A stretch of 64,000 nucleotides of DNA from NCBI GenBank assembly GCA_023244895.1, contig JAHFLL010000001.1:83630-147629 (forward strand), given 5' to 3'. Within the stretch, counting starts at the first letter, position 1; every line of letters starts with the position of its first letter. The position numbers and the translations under genes were made by a program. The stretch is from Candidatus Liptonbacteria bacterium (GTDB taxonomy: Bacteria > Patescibacteriota > Minisyncoccia > UBA6257 > 2-01-FULL-56-20). This document shows positions 35,495 through 45,037 of this stretch, piece by piece. A model generated the notes under the pieces. The model was not told the origin of the DNA. It made no database searches and saw only the letters and a list, made by a program, of their open reading frames with translations.

Positions 35495-37399
35495 AATATC
35501 TGGCGGTTTTTCCATAAGATAGAGAGCATGATGACGGTAAACGAGATTAGGCAGAAATATCTGGAATTTTTTAAGAGTAAGGGACACAGGGTAATCCCTT
35601 CCGCGTCCTTGGTGCCGGAGAATGACCCCACCACTCTTTTTACGAGCTCCGGAATGCAACCGCTAATCCCTTATCTTTTGGGCCAAGAGTATCCTTTAGG
35701 CAAACGTCTTGCGAACTCCCAAAAGAGTTTTAGGGCGGAAGACATAGAGGAAGTTGGAGATAATCGCCACACCACCTTCTTTGAAATGCTGGGCAACTGG
35801 TCCCTGGGTGATTATTGGAAGGAAGAGCAGCTGCCCTGGTTTTTTGAATTTGTAACAGATGTCCTAAAAATTGACCCGCAAAGATTATATGTATCAGTTT
35901 GGAGTGGTGCGGAGGGAGTTCCTAAAGATGAGGACTCTATCGCCATTTGGCAGAAGCTTTTTGGCGAGAAGGGAATAAAAGATGCCAAGTATGCCGAGAT
36001 GGTAACCGAAGAAGCTGCCTCCGAGCGGGGCATGCAACCGGGCGAACGGATTTTTGGATATCAGAAAAAAAACTGGTGGAGCCGTTCTGGCGCCCCGGAC
36101 AAGATGCCCGTGGGTGAACCGGGCGGACCGGATTCGGAGATGTTCTACGATTTTGATCCGAGTGGAGCGATGCATAAGCCGGAGTTCGGTAAGTATTGCC
36201 ATCCCAACTGTGATTGCGGGCGGTTTATTGAGATTGGTAACTCCGTATTTATGGAGTATCGCAAAAAAGAAGATGGTAGTTTTGAAAAATTGCCCCAGCG
36301 CAACGTGGATTTCGGGGGAGGCTTAGAAAGAATGGCGATGGTTCTAACCGGAACGCCAGATATTTTTGGAATAGATGTGTTTGCTAATATTAGCCGCTCC
36401 CTAGTAAAGTCTGGCGTTATATCAGGGAGTGTAGATATCCGTAGGCTGAGGGTGGTGCTAGATCATGCGCGCGCGGCTATATTTTTAGCCAACGACGGAG
36501 TGGTGCAGTCTAATAAGGGTCAAGGGTACGTGTTGCGAAGACTCGTGCGTCGAGCCGTAATGTTCGCGAAGCTACTTGATCTTAATGCTCCCTGGTTCGG
36601 CGTTGTTTTGGATTCTCTAACTGAAAGTTATCCCGAGCTTAAACAAAATAAAGTCTTTATAGAAACCACTCTAAGAGAAGAAATAGATAAATTTAGCGAT
36701 CTCATTGGAAGCGGAGCAGAAGAAATCCAAAAGACTTTTTCTAAGGGAATAACCGCAATAGATGCATTCAATCTTCATCAGACATATGGTTTCCCTTGGG
36801 AGCTTACCAAGGAGCTAGCCAAGGAGAGAGGGGTGTATATAGACGAGGATGAGGTTCAAGAGGAGTTCAAAAAGCATCAGGAGCTTTCCCGAACCGCTTC
36901 CGCTGGGGTTTTTAAAGGAGGACTCGCGGATAGTTCCGAAAAAGTGGTCAGACTACACACGGCAACGCACTTAATGAACGCAGCTTTGCGCAAGGTGCTG
37001 GGTGAGAGCGTCTGGCAGAAGGGTTCCAATATTACAGAAGAGCGTACCCGTTTTGATTTTACTCATGGCGAGAAAATGACTGAGGAGCAAAAGAAAGAAG
37101 TGGAAAAGATTGTAAATGACGTCATTGCGCGTGACTACGAAGTCAAAAAAGAAATTATGCCATTAGAAGAGGCGCGTAAGTTAAACGCCATCGGAGTGTT
37201 CGGCGAGAAGTATCCGGATACGGTGAGCGTTTATACGGTTTGGGACCCGAAAACCCAAGAGGTTTTTAGCCGGGAATTTTGCGGCGGTCCGCATGTGACC
37301 CATACGGGAGAAATTGGTAAGTTTAGAATTATTAAAGAAGAGGCGGTGGCGGCTGGAATTCGCAGAATTAAGGCGGGGGTGGGGGATGTAAATAACTAA
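35492..37399 (+). CDS. alaS: alanyl-tRNA synthetase, short form (start probably MMTVNEI at 35528)
   Basis: class II catalytic core (FTSSGMQP) and editing-domain HxxxH (HTATHLMNAALR); lacks the C-terminal C-Ala domain. Confidence 0.85.
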   Translation: MNIWRFFHKIESMMTVNEIRQKYLEFFKSKGHRVIPSASLVPENDPTTLFTSSGMQPLIPYLLGQEYPLGKRLANSQKSFRAEDIEEVGDNRHTTFFEMLGNWSLGDYWKEEQLPWFFEFVTDVLKIDPQRLYVSVWSGAEGVPKDEDSIAIWQKLFGEKGIKDAKYAEMVTEEAASERGMQPGERIFGYQKKNWWSRSGAPDKMPVGEPGGPDSEMFYDFDPSGAMHKPEFGKYCHPNCDCGRFIEIGNSVFMEYRKKEDGSFEKLPQRNVDFGGGLERMAMVLTGTPDIFGIDVFANISRSLVKSGVISGSVDIRRLRVVLDHARAAIFLANDGVVQSNKGQGYVLRRLVRRAVMFAKLLDLNAPWFGVVLDSLTESYPELKQNKVFIETTLREEIDKFSDLIGSGAEEIQKTFSKGITAIDAFNLHQTYGFPWELTKELAKERGVYIDEDEVQEEFKKHQELSRTASAGVFKGGLADSSEKVVRLHTATHLMNAALRKVLGESVWQKGSNITEERTRFDFTHGEKMTEEQKKEVEKIVNDVIARDYEVKKEIMPLEEARKLNAIGVFGEKYPDTVSVYTVWDPKTQEVFSREFCGGPHVTHTGEIGKFRIIKEEAVAAGIRRIKAGVGDVNN

Positions 37400-37432
37400 T
37401 AATATATAACCAATAATAAATAACGGGGAGAT
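37397..37432 (+). repeat. heptad TAA array (TAA TAATATA TAACCAA TAATAAA TAACGGG)
   Basis: TAA at 37400, 37407, 37414 and 37421, exactly 7 nt apart. Confidence 0.7.
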
Positions 37433-37438
37433 TGAAAG

Positions 37439-38029
37439 ATGAAAAATATAATACTCATATCTCTCGTAATCCTAATCTTCTTAGGCGGAGCTTGGGTTAG
37501 TTATCTGATATTCGGACCGTCGCAAGATAAGGTCCAGATAAATTCTCAGACTATTTTGCAGAGCCTGCAGAGCAGGGGATTTCTAGTTACCGAAACTTAT
37601 ACTGCCGACCAGAAGGTGACTATAGACAATCGCACCGGCTCATTTTGGAAAGATTTGGCCTGGGGTCAGCTTATTACCGCGAGCGCCCTTATGAAGGTTG
37701 GCTTGGGCATAGACTTAATGAAGCTAAAACCTGAGGACGTTATTGTGTCGGGTAGGAAAGCTAAAATTAACTTGCCGGAGATAGAGGTTCAGAGCGTGGA
37801 GCTGGCTGGAGCAATAAGCCTTAAAAACGACCAGGGTATATTGAAGATGGTTTTGGACAGTGACGATGGCTACAATCAAGCTTTGGGGCAATTAAAAGAA
37901 GGGGTAAAGACTGCGGCCACGTCTCAAGAAGTAAAAAGTCTGGCGCGAAAGAGCGCGGAAGGGGAGATCGGCAGGCTGGTTGGATTTTTGTCTCCCGATT
38001 TAGAGATAGAATTTATCTGGCCACTCTAA
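37439..38029 (+). CDS. membrane-anchored DUF4230-like protein
   Basis: N-terminal TM helix plus a roughly 170-aa extracytoplasmic domain; family assignment tentative. Confidence 0.4.
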   Translation: MKNIILISLVILIFLGGAWVSYLIFGPSQDKVQINSQTILQSLQSRGFLVTETYTADQKVTIDNRTGSFWKDLAWGQLITASALMKVGLGIDLMKLKPEDVIVSGRKAKINLPEIEVQSVELAGAISLKNDQGILKMVLDSDDGYNQALGQLKEGVKTAATSQEVKSLARKSAEGEIGRLVGFLSPDLEIEFIWPL

Positions 38030-38032
38030 AAC

Positions 38033-39055
38033 CTAGGGGGTAGTAATGCTAATAGACAAGGGGAATTGTTTATACATCGCACGATATGCCAGTCGCGAGG
38101 TTTCTGATATGAAACGGGTTTGTCGGGTCATATCATTGCCCCTAGTCATGACACACAAGAGATACGGATTTTCGGGATAATATACTATTCCACAGTCGTG
38201 TATCTGAACCGGGTTTGTAAGACTATTGTCTACTCTCTCCCCAAACTTGTGAGCTACTTTTATCTTAGGGTTGGCGACACCAGAAACCAGTCCATCATTA
38301 AATTTAGTTTCGCTAAGCATTTTGAGTGCAGATTCCGAAGTGGTTCGGTTTAAATAGGAAGAATTAAAGAGTACACGATATAGAGCGGCATAATTTTTCA
38401 CGGAGATCGTTACGTTGTTGCCATTTCTTTCAAAATACGCCCCGACTTTATCCAGAGTGTCCAGAACATCTTGCACGGAAGAGTTTCTGGTTAGGGCGTT
38501 CGTGGATACGTTGTCGGACTTCAAAATCATATTCTCCAACAGCTCCTCAATAGAATAAGTTTTCCCTTCTTGGGCGCCTCCCGCCTCCGTTATGTTTTCG
38601 GCAAGGGAAGTTCTAACATCCTCGGGCGTGATTTTTATCTCCTTTTTCAACAAGGAGGCATCAAGCTCCGACTCTTTTAAATAGGACATTAATAATGGAA
38701 CCTTGAACATGCTGGCCGGCATGAAGCGGACGCCTTCATTTATTCCTAGCCACGGTCCATTATTAAGGTCTCTGAAATAAACCGAAAACTCTGCGATATT
38801 CATATCGCGGGCCAAGTTGCTTATAGATTTAACAGAGAAGTCTTCTAAAAAAGGCTCGCGGGCCAAGTTCTCGCCCGTATCGCAATCTAAAATAGGATTC
38901 GTGAATTTATATTCCGAACTGTTTTGTCTGATGAGCCTATCTATTCCGCCCTTGTTTTTGCTCCCGATATTAATTCCGGCAAGGGCTCCCAAAGACAACC
39001 CCAGAACGAAAAACAGGGCCATCCATGGAACTTTGTGCATCTTGGGTCGGTCCAT
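38033..39055 (-). CDS. class A beta-lactamase-like serine hydrolase (lipoprotein/signal anchored)
   Basis: SxxK (ASMFK), SDN (LKSDN) and KTG-like (HKFG) motifs in the canonical order. Confidence 0.6.
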   Translation of the reverse strand: MDRPKMHKVPWMALFFVLGLSLGALAGINIGSKNKGGIDRLIRQNSSEYKFTNPILDCDTGENLAREPFLEDFSVKSISNLARDMNIAEFSVYFRDLNNGPWLGINEGVRFMPASMFKVPLLMSYLKESELDASLLKKEIKITPEDVRTSLAENITEAGGAQEGKTYSIEELLENMILKSDNVSTNALTRNSSVQDVLDTLDKVGAYFERNGNNVTISVKNYAALYRVLFNSSYLNRTTSESALKMLSETKFNDGLVSGVANPKIKVAHKFGERVDNSLTNPVQIHDCGIVYYPENPYLLCVMTRGNDMTRQTRFISETSRLAYRAMYKQFPLSISITTP

Positions 39056-39146
39056 CTAACGTATATCAAGTTTCGCATTTTCAACTGTAAATAGCAAAAA
39101 ATTTATCCGGGTACTTTATTGAGTATGGTCGTGATAGAATATATGC

Positions 39147-40286
39147 GTGAAGCCTCTGCGTTTCTGGAAACCAAAAGAAAGTTTTTTGATCTTGCAAGTC
39201 TCGCCGGAACGAATAAACGGCTTACTTTTGGGTTTAAGCGCGGATAAAAAAATATATGCGCGGAGATATTTTGAAGATACCAGCTGGACCAATCTTGCCG
39301 CTCGCACCGACTTAAAACACTTAGTGAAGAATGTGATTGTCGCCGCCGATTCCAGCCTGTCTTATACGGCGACCATACCAGTCGCGCTCAATAGGGAAAA
39401 CCCAGAAGAACCTCTGGCCGCTCCGGAGCTGGAAAATCTTTTATCTCAAGCGGTGGGCAGGGTTTTTAATCAATGCCGCCAAGAGGCTGGTAGATATTTA
39501 GAGATGGACGACTTGGACGTAGTGTTGGTTGGCAGTAGGGTGATCAATTTCAAAATTGACGGTCACCACGTGCTAAACCCGCTGGAATTTTCCGCTCGCA
39601 AAGTGGAGGCCGTGCTAGAGCTGACGCTTACGGTTCGCTCCGTGTTGGATGGAGTCAAAAGCATACTTAAGAACAAGCCCAATTTCTATTTCACCGAAAC
39701 CGCCCGGGCAGAACTAGCAGTTTTAGCGCGAGATCATAAATCTCCCCTTAGTCTCCTATACTTGGGTGAGCAGAGGTCTATTTGTCTCATTATGGAACCT
39801 TCTCCGGTCGGACAAATATTCACAAGGCATCCCTTAAAATGGAGCTCTCTTTCTATCGCGCAAGCCTTAACTAAGGAGTGGGGAGTAGACAGCGGAGTTG
39901 CGCATCGCATATACCATCTCTTCTTGAAATCAAAGATGTCCGAGCGCGGCTCAAAGACTGTGCGTAAGTCCATGGAGCCAGTCAGAATATCCTTAATGAA
40001 GGCGATAGACAGCGTCCACCCTCGCGGCCAAGTTTACGTAGATTCGCCCCTGCCTCTTTTTATGGAGATGCCCTTGCGTCGGGGCAAGCTTAGCATTGAG
40101 GAGGTGTCGGTGGGAGAGTTGGCCAAACACTTCGGTTTTTCAATAGACGAAGAAGGTTGGCCGATCTCTGTTTCGCAGACCATGAGATATCTCGCGCCAT
40201 TTTGGGAATATTACTACGACCGCAGTGATTCTACCGTGAATCGTTGGCTAAAAAGACACCTGAACTGGCTAGGCGCGCAAATATAA
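39147..40286 (+). CDS. hypothetical protein, possibly a degenerate actin-like (PilM/FtsA-like) fold
   Basis: no ATP-binding motifs seen; assignment very tentative. Confidence 0.4.
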   Translation: MKPLRFWKPKESFLILQVSPERINGLLLGLSADKKIYARRYFEDTSWTNLAARTDLKHLVKNVIVAADSSLSYTATIPVALNRENPEEPLAAPELENLLSQAVGRVFNQCRQEAGRYLEMDDLDVVLVGSRVINFKIDGHHVLNPLEFSARKVEAVLELTLTVRSVLDGVKSILKNKPNFYFTETARAELAVLARDHKSPLSLLYLGEQRSICLIMEPSPVGQIFTRHPLKWSSLSIAQALTKEWGVDSGVAHRIYHLFLKSKMSERGSKTVRKSMEPVRISLMKAIDSVHPRGQVYVDSPLPLFMEMPLRRGKLSIEEVSVGELAKHFGFSIDEEGWPISVSQTMRYLAPFWEYYYDRSDSTVNRWLKRHLNWLGAQI

Positions 40287-40335
40287 GAGTGGTTAGAAAC
40301 TAAAATCTAGAAGATAGAAGTTGGAATATGGAAAG
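40284..40335 (+). repeat. heptad stop array TAGAAAC TAAAATC TAGAAGA TAGAAGT TGGAATA TGGAAAG
   Basis: stops at 40284, 40294, 40301, 40308 and 40315 cover all three frames. Confidence 0.75.
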
Positions 40336-40501
40336 CAGGGGAAAAAATTTGAAAATTGGTGTAAAATGTATTTATAACTGCGCAAAACAATGAATCCCGT
40401 CTGTTGCCTAAGGCTCGAGCGGTACGCGGATCAATTATGATCATGATATTAAAGTCGATTTCAAATAAATTAAGCGAGGTTTATTCCTAGCAACCTACGG
40501 G

Positions 40502-42190
40502 ATGAAAAAGATCTCTATAAATAAAAACGATGATGTCGCGGCAGTGGTGGACAAGATGCTCTACGAGCCAGACCCAGAGATAGTTTTAGTTGTACCCAAA
40601 CATTCCAAGCTTAAAGAAACTCCCCGCAATTTTAATTTATTAAAGAGAGAGGCGGAGGCGGCCGGACGGAAGGTATCGGTTGAGTCCGTGGACGATGAAG
40701 TTCTGGCCTTAGCGGAAGCAAGTGGTCTTTTTAATGAGCACCCGCTTTTTAACGGTCCTGCCCGCTCCATCTCGGACATTGTCCCCGGCGGGGCGCGGGA
40801 CAGGAGCAACAGGTCTAGTGTTATTCCCAGACAAAGCGGACCCAAAGTCACTCTAAACGTCAGACGAGAAATAGGAGAAGAAGAAAAGATACAAGAAGCG
40901 GAAGACAGGTTCTTTACCGCAAAGTCACGAAGCAACACGACAGAAGAGACTTGGGAATACAAAGAAGAGCAAGCGGAAGAAACCTCCTCGGAAGACGATT
41001 GGGAGTTGCAAGAGAAAAAAGAACGCAAGACCAAGTCCAGAATAAAATGGCTGGTTATTCTCTCCATAGTTATAGTCTTGGTGGGGGGAGGGGTCTGGGC
41101 GACCGGGGCGTACTTCTCTAAGGCGAATATAGCGATTAGCTTTAAGCAAATTGAGTGGCAATATGCGAGCGCTATTACCGCAAGCAAAAACGTTCCCAGG
41201 GTGGATTTGATATCCAAGAGCATTCCCGCGGAAGTTTTTCATGATAAACGCAACCTAACTCAACTATTTCCGGCGACTGGACGGTCGGTGGTAAACCAGA
41301 AAGCCAGCGGTAAGATAAAAATAGTAAACGCCTACAGTTCCGAGAAGCAAACTCTGGTCGCGACCACAAGATTCTCCACGCCAGACGGTAAGATTTTCCG
41401 CTTGGACAGCCAGGTTCTGGTGCCTGGGGCCCAGATTAAAGATGGCAAGATAATCCCAGCGAGCACGGAGGCTGTCGTTACCGCGGACCGCGCGGGGGCA
41501 GAATATAATGTTGGTCCTACCTCCAAGTTGACCATTCCGGGATTTAAGGGCACGCCCAAATATGAGGGTTTTTACGGTCAAATTGAAACCGCTTTAAGTG
41601 GAGGTTTCGTGGGGGAAAAAGCCGTGCCGACCGAAGCGGATATAAAGAGCGCGGAAGAAAGAATGACGGAGATATTAAGGACCGGCCTGGAAAGCAATAT
41701 TTTATCGGAGCAAATTAAAGATTATAAGGTTCTGGATGGATCTTCTTCTTTTAAGGTTAATAAGATGACGGTGAAGAAGGAAACCAATGACAGTGGAGCG
41801 TTCAGCGTCTTTGGGGAGGCGGAGGTGGAGCTCGTAGGATTTAAAGAAAGCGCCTTGGATGAGCTGCTCAAAGGATTGGCGGGAGCGGATTTATTGGCAT
41901 CCGGTACGGAATACGAGTCGTCTTTCCGTAGCTTGGAGAAGAGCTATTCGGAGATAAAGCCGAACTACGAAAAAGGGGAGTTAAAATTCAATTTATCCGC
42001 GAAGGGAACGCTCGCTGCGGCTTTTGATAAAGATGCGTTTAAGAGCCAATTGGTAGGCAAGACCATTAAGGAAGCAGAGAGCTCCATTCAGGGCTTGCCT
42101 GGACTCGCGTCTGGGAGAGTGGGTGTTTGGCCAGTATGGCTCAGTAATCTGCCGAGTAATTTGGGTAGAATCAATATCTTAAGCGACTAG
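40502..42190 (+). CDS. hypothetical bitopic membrane protein (acidic cytoplasmic N-domain, 1 TM helix, about 370-aa external domain)
   Basis: TM helix at about residue 185 (WLVILSIVIVLVGGGVWATGAYF). Confidence 0.45.
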   Translation: MKKISINKNDDVAAVVDKMLYEPDPEIVLVVPKHSKLKETPRNFNLLKREAEAAGRKVSVESVDDEVLALAEASGLFNEHPLFNGPARSISDIVPGGARDRSNRSSVIPRQSGPKVTLNVRREIGEEEKIQEAEDRFFTAKSRSNTTEETWEYKEEQAEETSSEDDWELQEKKERKTKSRIKWLVILSIVIVLVGGGVWATGAYFSKANIAISFKQIEWQYASAITASKNVPRVDLISKSIPAEVFHDKRNLTQLFPATGRSVVNQKASGKIKIVNAYSSEKQTLVATTRFSTPDGKIFRLDSQVLVPGAQIKDGKIIPASTEAVVTADRAGAEYNVGPTSKLTIPGFKGTPKYEGFYGQIETALSGGFVGEKAVPTEADIKSAEERMTEILRTGLESNILSEQIKDYKVLDGSSSFKVNKMTVKKETNDSGAFSVFGEAEVELVGFKESALDELLKGLAGADLLASGTEYESSFRSLEKSYSEIKPNYEKGELKFNLSAKGTLAAAFDKDAFKSQLVGKTIKEAESSIQGLPGLASGRVGVWPVWLSNLPSNLGRINILSD

Positions 42191-42340
42191 GGCCAAGGAG
42201 CGGAAGCCCAGAGATTGACAAATGGGCCATGTTTTGCTTATAATTTTCCCGCTAGTTGATATGAGAGGTTTACCTCCTGGCTTTTTATTTTATGTTAAAT
42301 CTACGGTCATATCGATGGGCGGAAAGCTTTGTCTTAAGAT

Positions 42341-42562
42341 ATGAACGGTAATAACAAAGCTAGTTTAGCGCGCGCAGAGGGGATTGTAGAGGAAGCGTTG
42401 CCCGGGCTCATGTTTCGGGTCAAGCTTCAAGACGGACAGACCCTTTTGGCGCATCTTTCCGGTAAAATGCGATTGCATCGCATTCGGGTTTTGCCCGGAG
42501 ATAGGGTGTCCTTAGAAATGAGTCCGGACGGTGGGCGAGGTAGGATTAACAGAAGGCTATAG
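42341..42562 (+). CDS. infA: translation initiation factor IF-1
   Basis: S1-like fold ([25 protein letters not shown]...[14 protein letters not shown]). Confidence 0.85.
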   Translation: MNGNNKASLARAEGIVEEALPGLMFRVKLQDGQTLLAHLSGKMRLHRIRVLPGDRVSLEMSPDGGRGRINRRL

Positions 42563-42650
42563 TCGTTAGTAGTTAGAACTTAGCTGTTAAATACGTAGAA
42601 GCAAAGAATCTCCTAAGTCCTAAAGACTAATCACTAAATACTAATCAACA
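42560..42650 (+). repeat. entire infA-rpmJ spacer built of 7-nt units carrying TAG (x4) then TAA (x6)
   Basis: TAG at 42560, 42567, 42574 and 42581; TAA at 42588, 42614, 42621, 42628, 42635 and 42642. Confidence 0.8.
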
Positions 42651-42764
42651 ATGAAGGTAAGAAGCTCAATCAAAACAAGATGTCAGGCCTGTAAGGTGGT
42701 TAAGCGTCGCGGCCGCCTGTATGTTATTTGCAAGACCCCCAAGCACAAGCAGAGACAGGGATAG
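42651..42764 (+). CDS. rpmJ: 50S ribosomal protein L36
   Basis: [37 protein letters not shown], 37 aa; missing from the ORF track. Confidence 0.85.
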   Translation: MKVRSSIKTRCQACKVVKRRGRLYVICKTPKHKQRQG

Positions 42765-42798
42765 TTCAATTACCAATTTTAAATTAATCTAAACTGGC

Positions 42799-43182
42799 AT
42801 GAGATTTTTAGGCGTTAACATCCCGGACAATAAAAGAGCAGAAATAGCTCTGACTTATTTTTACGGCATAGGATTGACCCTGAGCCGCAAGGCGCTCAAG
42901 GAGACCGGAGTTAGTCCGGATGTCCGCGCCAAAGATCTTTCCGCGGAGGACCTAAACAAACTTAAGGGTTGGATGGAAAAGAACTGTCAGATTGAAGGCG
43001 AGCTAAGACAGATTATCAAGCGCAATATTCAGCGCCTGAAGGAACTGCAGGCCTACCGTGGTACGCGCCACAGTCGCCGCCTGCCCGCCCGCGGACAGCG
43101 CACCCGCACCAATTCCAGAACTATCCGAGGCAATGTTAGAAAAACGGCCGGTAGCGGAAAGAGAAAGGTTGATTTGAAGTAA
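42799..43182 (+). CDS. rpsM: 30S ribosomal protein S13
   Basis: GVNIPDNKRAEIALTYFYGIG. Confidence 0.92.
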   Translation: MRFLGVNIPDNKRAEIALTYFYGIGLTLSRKALKETGVSPDVRAKDLSAEDLNKLKGWMEKNCQIEGELRQIIKRNIQRLKELQAYRGTRHSRRLPARGQRTRTNSRTIRGNVRKTAGSGKRKVDLK

Positions 43183-43189
43183 TATTTCT

Positions 43190-43630
43190 ATGGGAAAAAA
43201 GAAAGTAGCTACAATTTCAGGAGAGAAGGCGAGCGCCGCAGATCAAGCGGCGGCGAAGCCGGTTTCTTCCAAGAAGTCCAAACATATTGAAACCGGGCGG
43301 GTTTATGTTAACGCGACCTACAACAATACGGTCATAACGGTCACGGATACCAAGGGCAATGTTTTGACCTGGGCGTCCGCCGGGTCCTTGGGGTTCTCCG
43401 GACCCAAAAAGGCAACTCCGTTTGCCGCTTCCAAAATAATTTCGGTGGTGGGGGAAAAGATGAAAAGTTATGGAATTAGCAATGTAGAGGTTTGGGTAAA
43501 GGGCATCGGCGGAGGCAGAGATTCTTCCGTGCGCTCGCTTATTAACCAAGGTTTTAATGTCGCGGTCATAAGAGATGTTACTCCGATAGCACATAACGGT
43601 CCCAGGCCCAAAAAAGTTCGCAGAGTATAA
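43190..43630 (+). CDS. rpsK: 30S ribosomal protein S11
   Basis: GRVYVNATYNNTVITVTDTKGN. Confidence 0.92.
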   Translation: MGKKKVATISGEKASAADQAAAKPVSSKKSKHIETGRVYVNATYNNTVITVTDTKGNVLTWASAGSLGFSGPKKATPFAASKIISVVGEKMKSYGISNVEVWVKGIGGGRDSSVRSLINQGFNVAVIRDVTPIAHNGPRPKKVRRV

Positions 43631-43645
43631 AATTATTTAACTAAT

Positions 43646-44266
43646 ATGGTAAGAGGTCCTAAAGAAAGAAAAGAAAGAGCATTGGGCGTACGTCTCCAGC
43701 TAAAAGGGGAGCGTTGTTCTTCGCCTAAGTGCGCTATGGTTCGTAAGCCATACAAACCGGGAGTGCATGGTCAGAGCCGTCGCCGCAAGGCCCTTTCTGA
43801 CTTCGGCCTTCAGCTGATGGAGAAGCAGAAGTGCAAGGTGAGTTACGGTATAACCGAGAAAACCTTGCGCCAGATTTTCAGAAAGGCGGAGCAACAGACC
43901 GGCTCTACTTCAGAACTGATTGTGCGCGCCTTGGAGTCTCGTCTGGACAACACCGTCTTTCGTTTAGGATTTGCGCCTTCTCGTTCTATGGCCCGCCAGC
44001 TGGTTCGCCATGGGCACATTCTAGTGAATGGTAAAAAGGTTTTTTCGCCTGGATTTGAGGTTAAAAATGGTCAGACCATCGGGGTTCGCAAGGAGTCTTT
44101 GGAGCACGTGCATTTCAAAAATATTAAAGAGTCGCTCAAGAAATATGAACCAGTTGGTTGGCTACAAGTCGATCCAGGCAAAATAGAGGGCAAGGTCATC
44201 GCGATCCCGTCCGATATGGAGCCCCCGTTCGAGATTGGCTTAGTGGTAGAATCTTTCAGCAAATAA
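43646..44266 (+). CDS. rpsD: 30S ribosomal protein S4
   Basis: Zn-ribbon-like N-terminus and an S4 domain. Confidence 0.92.
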   Translation: MVRGPKERKERALGVRLQLKGERCSSPKCAMVRKPYKPGVHGQSRRRKALSDFGLQLMEKQKCKVSYGITEKTLRQIFRKAEQQTGSTSELIVRALESRLDNTVFRLGFAPSRSMARQLVRHGHILVNGKKVFSPGFEVKNGQTIGVRKESLEHVHFKNIKESLKKYEPVGWLQVDPGKIEGKVIAIPSDMEPPFEIGLVVESFSK

Positions 44267-44272
44267 AAAACA

Positions 44273-45037
44273 ATGGAATACGCACTACTTAGTTCTAGTT
44301 TGAATATTAAGAAGGTCTCAGAAGAGGCGCAGAAAGGTGTTTTTGAAATAGAAGGTCTATATGCTGGCTACGGTCTTACCGTCGGCAACGCTTTGCGACG
44401 CGCGCTTTTATCGTCCCTTCCGGGCGCGGCCGTAACTTACGTAAAAATAAAGAATGCCGCCCACGAGTTTACTACTCTGCCGGGTGTTAAAGAGGATGTG
44501 GTGGAATTAACTTTAAATATGAAGAAGCTGCGTTTTCGCTGCTTCTCGGATGAGCCGCAAGTTCTTTTAGTAAAGGTTAAGGGCGCGCGCGAGGTTAAGG
44601 GTTCCGATATCGGACTTAACTCCAACGTGGAGCTGATAAATCCAGAGCAGGTTATCGCGACCCTAACCGAAAAGAACGCTGATTTTGAAGCGGAATTCAC
44701 AGTGGAAAGAGGATTGGGTTATTCCGCGGTAGAGTCCCGTAAAGCGGAAAAGCTCGCGATTGGCATGATCGGCGTAGACGCATTTTTCTCACCGGTTACA
44801 AGAGTTAATTTTACGGTAGACAATATGCGCGTGGGAGATCGCACTGATTACAACCGTTTGCGGTTGGAAATAGAAACAGATGGCACAGTGAGCCCGTCGA
44901 GCGCACTTCACAAGACCGCGAGCATACTAAAGGATCACTTTGAGAAGATCTTCGGAGTGGAAGTGCAGGATTTTGAAGCAGCCCACAAGTCGGAGGAAGA
45001 GAAGCCCAAAAAGAAGGCAAAGAAGTCCAGTAAGTAG
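44273..45037 (+). CDS. rpoA: RNA polymerase alpha subunit, N-terminal domain only (no alpha-CTD)
   Basis: GNALRRALLSSLPGAAVTYVKI; 254 aa against about 330 for a full-length alpha. Confidence 0.85.
   Translation: MEYALLSSSLNIKKVSEEAQKGVFEIEGLYAGYGLTVGNALRRALLSSLPGAAVTYVKIKNAAHEFTTLPGVKEDVVELTLNMKKLRFRCFSDEPQVLLVKVKGAREVKGSDIGLNSNVELINPEQVIATLTEKNADFEAEFTVERGLGYSAVESRKAEKLAIGMIGVDAFFSPVTRVNFTVDNMRVGDRTDYNRLRLEIETDGTVSPSSALHKTASILKDHFEKIFGVEVQDFEAAHKSEEEKPKKKAKKSSK

Noticed and set aside
41175-41581. Minus-strand ORFs inside the 562-aa gene (40502..42190)
   Set aside because: They are embedded antisense to a long coherent ORF and have no start signals.
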